Below, in pieces: positions 13,781 to 21,877 of a DNA stretch of 59,578 nt (its first letter is position 1; each line of letters starts with the position of its first letter). The stretch lies in the IMG/VR virus record IMGVR_UViG_3300045988_174428; one strand, written 5' to 3'. Made by a program: the position numbers and the translations under genes. Source of the DNA: a virus. The notes under the pieces were generated by a model, which did not search any database, was not told the DNA's origin, and worked only from the letters and a program-made list of their open reading frames with translations.

Positions 13781-14332
13781 ATGCGGATCACCATCAAGCC
13801 GCCGAGCCCGGCCCCGTCGCCACCCCTGCCCGCGGGCGCCCTCGTAACCCTCCGTGTCGAGGCCGCCGACCCGGTCCCGCGAATCGACGGCCCGGTGTCG
13901 ATCGCCTACGAGGGCCGCTACGCCGACGACCCCTCGCCCGCGTTCCTCTTCCCCGCTCCGGGCAACGGCCACGAGAAGGAGGGGGTGTCGACCGCCACCA
14001 GCGCGGCATCCGATTTCCGCACCCCCGTCGCCGCCCCCTCATCGCCCCATGTCGACATTCCCGCCCACGAGGGCGACGTCGTCACGGCGACGCTCCTCGC
14101 CGACAACAAGACCTACAGCGCCGCCCTCAGAGCCCCGGCCGCCCCCGACCACCCCAACCAGGCCCCCGTCGTGCTCCAGCTCGCCGAAGGCGGCGCCGCC
14201 CCACCCCCCGGTCCTCCGCCAACGCCCCAGCCCGCGCCCGGGCTGACCATCACCCCCGACGACCCCGACGACCCCGACGTCCTCACCCTCGACCCCGCCC
14301 CCGGCAACGACAACATCGTCGTCGTGGGCTGA
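13781..14332 (+). CDS. Pro-rich hypothetical protein (183 aa)
   Basis: ORF 13688..14332 trimmed to M32 (MRITIKPPSP). GC3-rich in this frame. The overlapping open frame 13729.. is an Arg-rich shadow. Confidence 0.6.
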   Translation: MRITIKPPSPAPSPPLPAGALVTLRVEAADPVPRIDGPVSIAYEGRYADDPSPAFLFPAPGNGHEKEGVSTATSAASDFRTPVAAPSSPHVDIPAHEGDVVTATLLADNKTYSAALRAPAAPDHPNQAPVVLQLAEGGAAPPPGPPPTPQPAPGLTITPDDPDDPDVLTLDPAPGNDNIVVVG

Positions 14333-14382
14333 GAAGGACCCCCGACGACCATGACGACAACGAACGAGGACGGCCCCCGACC

Positions 14383-16359
14383 ATGACGACCTACGACGTG
14401 TACTCGAAGAGGGGCGCCGACAACCGCTTCGCGCCCAAGGCGAGTGTCGACGCCCTCACCGGCGCGCAGATCGCCCAGGGGGCCGAGATAGGGACCCTCA
14501 AGGAGCAGGTGCGGGCCCAGCTGCTCCTGTCGAACATGCTGCCCCGTCAGGGGGGCCCCGGCGTGCCCACCGCCCTCGTCGTCGGGTTCATCGGCGATTC
14601 CTGGAGCACCCCCGGCGCCGGAGGCCAGGGGGGCGCCCCCGAGGAGGCGACCATGCCCCAGATCGCCGCCAAGAGGCTCGGTGTCGGGGCCGCGGTCAGC
14701 GGGCAGGGGTCCACGGGGTGGGCCCATGTTCCGACCCCCACACCCGCAGGCGTCGGCTTCTTCAGCGCCCCTGAGCGTGTCGACGCCGTCCTCGACGCCC
14801 ACCCCTCCTTATTGGTCGTCGTCGGCTCCGTCAACGACAACTGGGCGATCGACCAGCCCCCGACCCCGGCCGACCCCGCCTCGGGCCCCAGAGCCATCAG
14901 CCAGTCCGTCAAGGCCTTTGTCGACCGCGTCAGAGACCGGGCCCCCGCCCTGCCGATCATCGTCGTCGGGCCCCAGCCCACCTCCGAGTACCGCACCTAC
15001 GCGGGCTCCTCGCACAAGAACGTCCACGCTGTCAAAGACGGCGTGGACCTCGCCGGGGGCCCCGCCAACGGGATCTGGTTCAGTGACTGGCTCGGTGTCG
15101 CGACCAGCCCGGCCACCAGGTGGGACCCGGCCTCATCGCCGGGCCGGCACTGGGGGCGGGGCGAGATCATCTGCTACGACGGGGTGAACTACGAGGTGAC
15201 GTCCGACTCCTGGGTCCCGAGCGCGAACCCCGACGCCGCCGACCCCTACCTGGCGTCGTTCCTGCCGTCGGCGCCGGTGTCGAGGAGGACGGCCGTGCTG
15301 TCGGGGCGGGGGTCCGTCGGCAAGACCCCCGCGAGCGGGACGCGGGCGCTGTGGCTCATGAGCGACGAGACGCACGTGAACGTGGGCGGGGCGCAGGCCT
15401 TCGGCGTCGAGCTCGCGGACCGGGTCATCGAGGGCGTTCAGGCTCTGCGGGAGTGGATCATCGGGCAGGGGCCCGTCGTCGTCCGCCCGGCGTCGCCGAC
15501 ACCCCCGGGCCCGGGCCCCCAGTCCGCCCGCCCCGTGGGGGCGCTGGCCGACGTGCGCGACGCGCGCTGGGGCGTCAAGTGGGGGGCGCTGTCGGCCACT
15601 GCGCTGAGGGGGGCCTTGTCGCAGCTGCCGGAGGGGGGCGGAGCGGTCCTGCGGGGGTCCGCGGCCCTGCCGGTGCGCATGAGCAAGGACGAGGGCGCGG
15701 ACAGGTTCGTGACGTCCGTGGTGTCGTCCATCACCCCGAAGGGCGGCGGTGCGGCCCTGCGCATCAACCAGTCCACCATCGCACAGCTCAAGGCCGTCGA
15801 GGACGAGAACGGCGTCGTGGCGACCCTGGGCGAGGCGCTCGACATCCTGGACGCCGCCCCGGCCCGCACCCCGATCATCGTGGAGTGCATGGACACGTCG
15901 AACGACATCATCGCGGACTACTGGGTGTACGACCAGAAGATGATGCAGTACCTGCTGGGGCGCTACGGGGCCCGGGCCGCCGAGCGGGTCATCGTCGCCA
16001 CCAACGGGACGCTGAACGCGGCCAGACAGAAGGCGAAGGCGGATGCGGCGCTGAAGGTGCTGCCCCGCCTGGCGTACAAGCCGTCGGGGCCGTGGACCGC
16101 CGAAGACGTGGGCGCCCTGAAGGCCGTGGACATGATCGCCTGCCGGTCCAACGACGCCTCCAAGCCGGAGGTGCTGGCGGCCATCAAGAACCACCCGGAG
16201 AAGCCGGGGCTGTGGTGGGCGGGCATGACGACGGCGGCGCACGTCGATGCCGCCAGGGCCGCGTCCTCGGCGGCGGGGCTGGCGATCGAGGGCTGGATCA
16301 TGGAGGCGAAGGAGGCCGCTCCGGGGGCCCTGTCGACGGCGCTGCCCGTCAAGCCCTGA
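14383..16359 (+). CDS. fibre-like protein with SGNH/GDSL hydrolase domain (658 aa)
   Basis: Internal start M219 of ORF 13729..16359. SGNH blocks FIGDSWS, VVVGSVNDN and MSDETHVN. The N-terminus MTTYDVYSKRGADNRFA is shared with 18449..20068. Confidence 0.7.
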   Translation: MTTYDVYSKRGADNRFAPKASVDALTGAQIAQGAEIGTLKEQVRAQLLLSNMLPRQGGPGVPTALVVGFIGDSWSTPGAGGQGGAPEEATMPQIAAKRLGVGAAVSGQGSTGWAHVPTPTPAGVGFFSAPERVDAVLDAHPSLLVVVGSVNDNWAIDQPPTPADPASGPRAISQSVKAFVDRVRDRAPALPIIVVGPQPTSEYRTYAGSSHKNVHAVKDGVDLAGGPANGIWFSDWLGVATSPATRWDPASSPGRHWGRGEIICYDGVNYEVTSDSWVPSANPDAADPYLASFLPSAPVSRRTAVLSGRGSVGKTPASGTRALWLMSDETHVNVGGAQAFGVELADRVIEGVQALREWIIGQGPVVVRPASPTPPGPGPQSARPVGALADVRDARWGVKWGALSATALRGALSQLPEGGGAVLRGSAALPVRMSKDEGADRFVTSVVSSITPKGGGAALRINQSTIAQLKAVEDENGVVATLGEALDILDAAPARTPIIVECMDTSNDIIADYWVYDQKMMQYLLGRYGARAAERVIVATNGTLNAARQKAKADAALKVLPRLAYKPSGPWTAEDVGALKAVDMIACRSNDASKPEVLAAIKNHPEKPGLWWAGMTTAAHVDAARAASSAAGLAIEGWIMEAKEAAPGALSTALPVKP

Positions 16360-16406
16360 CTGCGCAAGCCGTTTTTACATAAGGACCAGGAACGAAGGAG
16401 GACGAC

Positions 16407-18134
16407 ATGAGCGTTGTCGGGAATGAGGCCGCGGCGAGGATGGCGTACTGGTGCGCCACCGATGAGAAGGGGGGTGTCGGGTACGACCAGGACACGAGGG
16501 AGGAGATCCGGGACTTCTCCTACATCAGCACCTCGCGGCTGACCGGGGCCGTGGACTCGGACTGCTCGGCCATGGTCGCTGCCGCCTGCAACCTGGGGTT
16601 GCGGGCGGCCGGTGTCGTGCCCGCGGGCGCGGGGGACGGTGACCCGCGTCTGCTTCCGGCTTCCACGTGGACGGGGTCGATGAGGGCCGAGCTGGAGGCG
16701 CGGGGCTGGCGGGAGGTCCACTGGGACGACTCGGCCATGACGCCCGACGGCGGCTTCCGGCGCGGCGACGTGGTTCTGTCCTCGAAGGACGAGGGGGGTG
16801 TCGGGCATGTGGCCATGGTCGTGGACGACAACCCGACCGACCCCGTCCTGGCCGAGGCGTGGATCGACGAGCGCGGGGAGATCACCGGCGGGGCCGTCGG
16901 CGACCAGACGGGTTCGGAGACCAGGCTCGTATCCTACTCGTCGCATATCTATACGCAGCGCGGCGCGTGGACGTCCAGCCACCGTTACGCCGCCTCGTCC
17001 TCGGCCCCCTCCGCACCGGCCCCCGCCCCCTCCAGCGGCAAGCCCGGGCCGCTGCTCGGTGTCGACATCTCCAACTACCAGGCGGGCATGAACCTGGCCG
17101 CCGTCGACCCCGACTTCGTCATCGTCATGGCGACCCAGGACACGGGGCGGTTCGCGTTCACCAACCAGCACCACCAGGCGCAGCTCGACGAGGCCGTATC
17201 GCAGGGGCGGCCCGTCGGCGTCTACCACTACATCGGCGGCGGAGACAACGGCAGCGCCGAGGATGCGCAGGCGGAGGCCGACCGGTTTCTCGACGCCGTG
17301 AGGGCCACCGGCCACTTCGAGCGGGTCATGTGGTGCATCGACTGGGAGGCCGACGACAACTCGGCTTGGGGCAACGAGGCGTACCTGGCGATCGTCATCG
17401 ACCGCGTGCAGCGGGCCACTGGCAAGCCCGTCATGCTGTACGCCTCCTCCGGGTCCTTCCCGTGGGGTCTGGCGGCGCAGTACGGGTGCGGCACGTGGGC
17501 CGCCCAGTACGCCGACGATGCCCCTACGGGGTGGGACCGCAATCCGTGGTCGGATGGCACCTGGAGCGCCCAGATGCACCAGTACACGGGCCACGGCCGT
17601 GTGCCCGGCTACGACGACGACCTCGACCTCGACGTCTTCCACGGCTCCGAGGACGACTTCAGGGCGTACGCCATCGACTCCTCCTCCGCTCCGTCCGCCC
17701 CGCGCCGCGCCCCCGCGCCATCTGCTCGGCCCCGCCCTACGGCCCCCGACGGGCAGGACCTCCTCGATGTCGACGGGCAGTGGGGGCCTCGCACCGTGGC
17801 GCGGTTCCAGCAGGTCATGGGCACCCCCATCGACGGCGTCCTCGACGACGACGGCTCGACCTGCATCGAGGCGTTCCAGCGGTTCCTCAACGGGACGGTC
17901 GGCTCCGGCCACCTGACCAACCTCATCGGCACCCCGGCCCTTGAGGTCGACGGCATCGACGGCGAGCACACCTGGAAGGCGTTCCAGTTCCTCGTGTGGG
18001 CCTGGCACCGCGAGTACGTGCCCTCGGGGTGGGACTTCGGCGACTGGATCGACGGCGTCGACGGCCCCAGCACCGTCGCGGCCCTCCAGCGGGCGCTGAA
18101 CGTGTCGACGGCGGGCACCGGTAGACTGTGGTAG
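16407..18134 (+). CDS. multidomain endolysin (Cys-His peptidase, GH25 muramidase, peptidoglycan-binding repeats)
   Basis: DSDCSAMV plus GGVGHVAMV suggest an NlpC/P60- or CHAP-like domain. LLGVDISNYQ...VGVYHY...IDWE...QMHQYT is GH25-like. Two C-terminal VDG.WGP.T..A.Q-type repeats. Confidence 0.85.
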   Translation: MSVVGNEAAARMAYWCATDEKGGVGYDQDTREEIRDFSYISTSRLTGAVDSDCSAMVAAACNLGLRAAGVVPAGAGDGDPRLLPASTWTGSMRAELEARGWREVHWDDSAMTPDGGFRRGDVVLSSKDEGGVGHVAMVVDDNPTDPVLAEAWIDERGEITGGAVGDQTGSETRLVSYSSHIYTQRGAWTSSHRYAASSSAPSAPAPAPSSGKPGPLLGVDISNYQAGMNLAAVDPDFVIVMATQDTGRFAFTNQHHQAQLDEAVSQGRPVGVYHYIGGGDNGSAEDAQAEADRFLDAVRATGHFERVMWCIDWEADDNSAWGNEAYLAIVIDRVQRATGKPVMLYASSGSFPWGLAAQYGCGTWAAQYADDAPTGWDRNPWSDGTWSAQMHQYTGHGRVPGYDDDLDLDVFHGSEDDFRAYAIDSSSAPSAPRRAPAPSARPRPTAPDGQDLLDVDGQWGPRTVARFQQVMGTPIDGVLDDDGSTCIEAFQRFLNGTVGSGHLTNLIGTPALEVDGIDGEHTWKAFQFLVWAWHREYVPSGWDFGDWIDGVDGPSTVAALQRALNVSTAGTGRLW

Positions 18135-18166
18135 TCCCCCGCCCCCAACCCACCCAGGAGGAACCC

Positions 18167-18382
18167 ATGGCCAGCCACAAGGCCATCACCATCACCGCCC
18201 CCCAGCGCAAGGCCGTCTACGCCCTCGTGGCCGCCGCCCTCGCCGTCGGGGCCGCCTTCGGATTCTGGACCGCCGACGACGCCCGGCAGTGGGCCGAGGC
18301 CGCCGCCCAGGCCGCCGGGGCCCTCGCCAACATCCTGGCCCTGGCGCACGTCTACGACCCGGGAGACGGCTCCGAGGGCTGA
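18167..18382 (+). CDS. putative holin / small membrane protein (71 aa)
   Basis: M14 of ORF 18128..18382 with AGGAGG 6 nt upstream. One hydrophobic helix, VYALVAAALAVGAAFGFW. Lies immediately after the endolysin. Confidence 0.6.
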   Translation: MASHKAITITAPQRKAVYALVAAALAVGAAFGFWTADDARQWAEAAAQAAGALANILALAHVYDPGDGSEG

Positions 18383-18388
18383 CACAAG

Positions 18389-18420
18389 GACGCCGGGGGT
18401 GAATAAAAGCCCCCGGCGTC
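18389..18420 (+). terminator. GC-rich hairpin after the holin gene
   Basis: GACGCCGGGGG-TGAATAAAAG-CCCCCGGCGTC, an 11-bp stem with a weak T-tract. Confidence 0.5.
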
Positions 18421-18448
18421 TGCATAAGTATACGAACGGAGAGGAGCC

Positions 18449-20068
18449 ATGACCGCGTACGAGGTCTACTCGCGCCCCGGAGCCGACAGGAGGTTCGCCC
18501 TCCGCACCGAGACCGACGCCATCCGCGGGCTCCTGCCCGCCCTCACCGGTACCGGCACCGTCATCACCCTGCGCACCGGCGAGCACGCCCCGGCCGGAAC
18601 CCGCTCCGGAACCATGGTGCTGCGGGAGCGGGCCGCCCTCGGCGGCGGCATCGTCGTGCGCTCCTCGGCCGTGGGCCGGGCCCAGGCGGGTGTCGGAGAC
18701 CCCCTCACCGCCGCCGCCGAGCCCGGGGACCTGGCCGTGCTCATCATGGCCGCCCAGCTCCAGGCCGACGAGAACCCCTCGCCGATCCCCGAGGGCTGGA
18801 CGGGGACGTGGCAGCCGCAGATCGGGGGCACCAACCGCTCCGGCTACGTGGCCACGCGGAAGGTGACGGGGGCCACCGACACCCGCGGCGTGGAATGGTG
18901 GGTGAAGACCAAGGCGTGGACCGCCAGGCAGAGGGCCGTGCTCGTCATCCTGGCCGGTGTCGACGTCGATCGGGCGGCCGCCGGGCAGTGGAGCGCGACT
19001 CTGGGCGCGGCCCCGGCGGGTGCGACGGCCCAGCTGCTCGCTTCGGCGGCCCACGGCACCAAGGACAACAGGATGGCGGCCTGGACCCTTGAGGGCGGGG
19101 CCATCGTCGCCGACGGGCTGGCGGACGTGTCGACGACGGAGTCCTGGTCGGCGGTGCGCGCGGTTCTGGGGGCGGCTGCGACGGCCCCGGACGGCGCCGG
19201 AGCGAATCCCCCGGCCGCCTGGGCGCAGGTTGGCCTGGTGGCGAAGGCCGCGGGCGCAGGGGCCGACAACCTCGACGGGGCGACGGTGCCCCTGTGGTTC
19301 GGCGGCGAGCAGACCCGGGCGGGGGTGTCGATCATGCCCTACGGGGCCCGGTCCGCCTCGGCGCTGAAGGAGCGCAAGGGGATCGTCGTCGGGCACCGGG
19401 GCATGAGCGAGGCGGGGGATGTCGTGGAGCACACGATGGCCGCGTACACCCGGGCGGTTGAGTGCGGTGTCGACGCCCTGGAGATCTCCTGCCACAGGAC
19501 TTCGGACGGGGTGTGGTTCGCCTCGCACGACTCCACCCTGGAGCGTTTGGGGGGCCCGTCAACGCCCATTCGGGACATGACCTGGGCTCAGGTCCAGGCG
19601 GCCTTCGTCGGGCGGCCAGAGGCGCTGCCAGTGACCCTGAAGGACTACCTGGCGACCTACGGCGCAACGCACGTGACCATCTTCGACCCCAAGACGGAGA
19701 TGGCCCGGTCGGACGAGTACCTGGCCCTGCTGGCGCCGTACAAGGACCGTGTCGTCATCAAGGCGTTCGCCGACTCCGGCTGGCTGTTCGCCAAGGTCAA
19801 GCAGGCCGGGTGGACCACCTGGGGGTACGCCTACGCCCGCAACCGCGGCCAGAACTGGTACCCGGACTTCGTCCAGGGCACGAACCTGGACTTCCTGTCG
19901 ATGGAGTGGGACGCCGCCGACGACGTGTGGTCCCCGCTGGTGGCCACCGGCAAGCCGGTCATCGCCCACATCCCCGCCTCGGTGGCCCAGGCGGCGGAGG
20001 GGACCCGCAAGGGGGCGGCGGGGTGCATCACGTCGCGCGCCGACCTCGTGGCCGGGCTGAAGGTGTAG
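18449..20068 (+). CDS. fibre-like protein with glycerophosphodiester phosphodiesterase (GDPD) domain (539 aa)
   Basis: VVGHRGMSEAGDVVEHTMAAY...GVDALEISCHRTSDGVWFASHDSTLERL matches the HRG / E.T / E.D / HD pattern of GDPD. N-terminus MTAYEVYSRPGADRRFA. Confidence 0.7.
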   Translation: MTAYEVYSRPGADRRFALRTETDAIRGLLPALTGTGTVITLRTGEHAPAGTRSGTMVLRERAALGGGIVVRSSAVGRAQAGVGDPLTAAAEPGDLAVLIMAAQLQADENPSPIPEGWTGTWQPQIGGTNRSGYVATRKVTGATDTRGVEWWVKTKAWTARQRAVLVILAGVDVDRAAAGQWSATLGAAPAGATAQLLASAAHGTKDNRMAAWTLEGGAIVADGLADVSTTESWSAVRAVLGAAATAPDGAGANPPAAWAQVGLVAKAAGAGADNLDGATVPLWFGGEQTRAGVSIMPYGARSASALKERKGIVVGHRGMSEAGDVVEHTMAAYTRAVECGVDALEISCHRTSDGVWFASHDSTLERLGGPSTPIRDMTWAQVQAAFVGRPEALPVTLKDYLATYGATHVTIFDPKTEMARSDEYLALLAPYKDRVVIKAFADSGWLFAKVKQAGWTTWGYAYARNRGQNWYPDFVQGTNLDFLSMEWDAADDVWSPLVATGKPVIAHIPASVAQAAEGTRKGAAGCITSRADLVAGLKV

Positions 20069-20110
20069 TACGCTTGCTCAGCGGGCTTCTCATCTCTCTT
20101 CCCCCGCACG

Positions 20111-20142
20111 CCCCCGGTGCCGACCGTCTACGGCACCGGGGG
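20111..20142 (+). terminator. 12-bp-stem GC hairpin after the GDPD gene
   Basis: CCCCCGGTGCCG-ACCGTCTA-CGGCACCGGGGG. No U-tract. Confidence 0.45.
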
Positions 20143-20149
20143 CATCCGC

Positions 20150-20178
20150 TTGCAGGAAACAGATGTGTACTGTATACT
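20150..20178 (+). promoter_or_regulatory. candidate promoter TTGCAG, 17 nt, TATACT
   Basis: Hexamers at 20150-20155 and 20173-20178, 50 nt upstream of the ATG at 20228. Confidence 0.45.
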
Positions 20179-20227
20179 GAAACCACGGCCCGGGACGGAA
20201 CGGGCCCGGAAGAGAGGAAGACCGAAC

Positions 20228-20806
20228 ATGAGCAGAATCAACGAGAGACGAGCCGAGATCCTCGCCAAGGCCAGGGCGCGCAAGGCGGAGATCGCCCACA
20301 CGGCGCCATCCGAGAACACGCTGCGGCGACGGGACCAGGTCAAGCGGGTCAAGGGGCTCCTGCGCGAGTTCATCCTCGACCACGGCGTCGAGATCAAGGA
20401 CGCGGGCAGGGTCACGGGGTACGAGTCCACCGCCCGGCTGCCCCGCCACCTCAGCCGCGGCATGATCGACCTTGAGGACCTCCTGGCCCTGACCGAGTAC
20501 TTCGAGGACCTCGACATCACCACCATCCTGCGCGACGTCATCCTCGGTGTCGATCTGCGCCCCGACGAGGCGCAGGCCCGCCGGGAGGGGACGATTACCC
20601 CCGACGGCGAACGGGTTGCGGCCCCCGAGGAGCCGGAAGAGGAGAAGGAACTCAGCGCACCCTCCGTCCCCTCGCCGCAGGAGGACGAGGAGATCGTGGT
20701 CATCCAGCCCGACGCCATCGCCCCGCCGCCCGAGGACGACGAACCCTCGCTCGACACCGACGAGGGCCTGAGGGCCTGGGCCAACCGGTTCGGGTTCGCG
20801 ATGTGA
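20228..20806 (+). CDS. putative HTH DNA-binding protein with acidic Pro-rich tail (192 aa)
   Basis: M38 of ORF 20117..20806 with GAGAGGAAG upstream. The segment IKDAGRVTGYESTARLPRHLSRGMIDLEDLLALTEYF looks like an XRE-type helix-turn-helix. Confidence 0.55.
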   Translation: MSRINERRAEILAKARARKAEIAHTAPSENTLRRRDQVKRVKGLLREFILDHGVEIKDAGRVTGYESTARLPRHLSRGMIDLEDLLALTEYFEDLDITTILRDVILGVDLRPDEAQARREGTITPDGERVAAPEEPEEEKELSAPSVPSPQEDEEIVVIQPDAIAPPPEDDEPSLDTDEGLRAWANRFGFAM

Positions 20807-20810
20807 CGGC

Positions 20811-20839
20811 TTGACAGACGCCCGACGGGGTGGGAGTAT
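20811..20839 (+). promoter_or_regulatory. candidate promoter TTGACA, 17 nt, GAGTAT
   Basis: Hexamers at 20811-20816 and 20834-20839. Confidence 0.4.
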
Positions 20840-20864
20840 CTCCCCGGGAGACGGCATACACCCC

Positions 20865-20897
20865 AACCCCCGGCACCAGCGGACGGTGCCGGGGGTT
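20865..20897 (+). other. 13-bp-stem GC hairpin related to the one at 20111-20142
   Basis: AACCCCCGGCACC-AGCGGAC-GGTGCCGGGGGTT. The arms are the CCCCCGG(YR)CC type, as in the earlier hairpin. Confidence 0.6.
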
Positions 20898-20913
20898 GTC
20901 CTATACTCGGGCC

Positions 20914-21090
20914 ATGGGATGGGACATCAACGAGGTTCGGGTCGACACGCTGCTACCGGACGACCTCCGGCTTCACATCGGCACCATCACAGCCGACAAG
21001 GTCAGCGCGGGAAGTTTCGATCTGGGCGCGTATCTCACCGAGGAGCAACTCGCGTACCTTCGCCGCGCCGTCACGAAGGGCTCCTCCTGA
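20914..21090 (+). CDS. hypothetical protein (58 aa)
   Basis: M29 of ORF 20830..21090. TATACT at 20902-20907 sits 7 nt before the ATG, so the transcript may be leaderless. Confidence 0.5.
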   Translation: MGWDINEVRVDTLLPDDLRLHIGTITADKVSAGSFDLGAYLTEEQLAYLRRAVTKGSS

Positions 21091-21278
21091 TGCTCGCCGC
21101 CGTCGCGATCATAGCGCTGCTCACAGGATTCACCCTCGGCCTCATCGCCGGGGTTCACTGGAAGGGGAAGGTGGACGATGAAAGGCTTAGTGGATTCCTC
21201 ACCGGGCTCGAAGCCACGGCGGACCGGGTCGCAGTCCAGGCCCGCGAAGACGCCATCGAACGGGCGGGCCGCTATTAG
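21090..21278 (+). CDS. small membrane protein (62 aa)
   Basis: M94 of ORF 20811..21278. TGATG junction with the upstream gene. Hydrophobic N-terminus LAAVAIIALLTGFTLGLIAGV. Confidence 0.55.
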   Translation: MLAAVAIIALLTGFTLGLIAGVHWKGKVDDERLSGFLTGLEATADRVAVQAREDAIERAGRY

Positions 21279-21330
21279 GCGCGTCGTCGACGCACCGCCC
21301 CCCACCGAGGGCGTCATCGCCCGGACGGGG

Positions 21331-21876
21331 GTGACCGACGGGCAGGTCGACGAGGCCAAGCGGAACCTCGTCATCAACGCCCTCGTCAAGGGCGGCACCC
21401 GCGGCGATGTCGCCCACCAGGCGGGGCTGAGCGAAGCGCAGGTCTTCCGCATCGAGGAGGAGTACTACACGGGGCAGGCCATGCTCTCCGAGCACGCCCG
21501 CCTCATGAAGCAGATGGCCCGCCTCGACCGGGTGCTGGGCATGCTCGACGCCCGCGTGCAGTCCGCCCTCCTGTCCAACCCGGAGGGCGACCCCAAGTAC
21601 TTCGACTCGATCCTCAAGGCCATCGACCAGACCAGCGAGCTGATGGGCCTGAAGAAGACCAGGATCCAGACCGAGGTGCGGGTCATCGAGACCAAGCAGG
21701 TGGAGGTCATCGTCTCCTTCACCCGCTCCGTCGTCGAGGCCATGGAGGCCAGGCTTCGGCCCATGCTCACGATCGCGGGGCGCGAGGAGCTGGAGGCCAG
21801 GCGCGAGGAGTGGCTGGCGCAGGCCACGGCGGCGTCGGCTCAGATCCTTGAGGCGACCGCGCCGATGGAGCTCTGA
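21331..21876 (+). CDS. terminase small subunit (start uncertain)
   Basis: Frame of ORF 21178..21876, with GTG at 21331 chosen to avoid overlap with 21090..21278. HTH-like GGTRGDVAHQAGLSEAQVFRIE. Ends 1 nt before TerL. Confidence 0.55.
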   Translation: MTDGQVDEAKRNLVINALVKGGTRGDVAHQAGLSEAQVFRIEEEYYTGQAMLSEHARLMKQMARLDRVLGMLDARVQSALLSNPEGDPKYFDSILKAIDQTSELMGLKKTRIQTEVRVIETKQVEVIVSFTRSVVEAMEARLRPMLTIAGREELEARREEWLAQATAASAQILEATAPMEL

Positions 21877-21877
21877 T

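Noticed and set aside
13729-16359. A single 876-aa ORF starting at GTG 13729, which would fuse the leader region to the SGNH protein.
   Set aside because: The first 218 codons are Arg/Pro shadow of the GC3-rich frame 13781..14332. The real gene most likely starts at ATG 14383 (MTTYDVYS), matching the N-terminus of the paralogous 18449..20068.
21178-21330. ATG 21178 as the start of the terminase small subunit.
   Set aside because: It would overlap the last 100 nt (21178-21278) of the well-formed membrane-protein gene 21090..21278 in another frame. The GTG at 21331 after that gene's stop is preferred, with low confidence.
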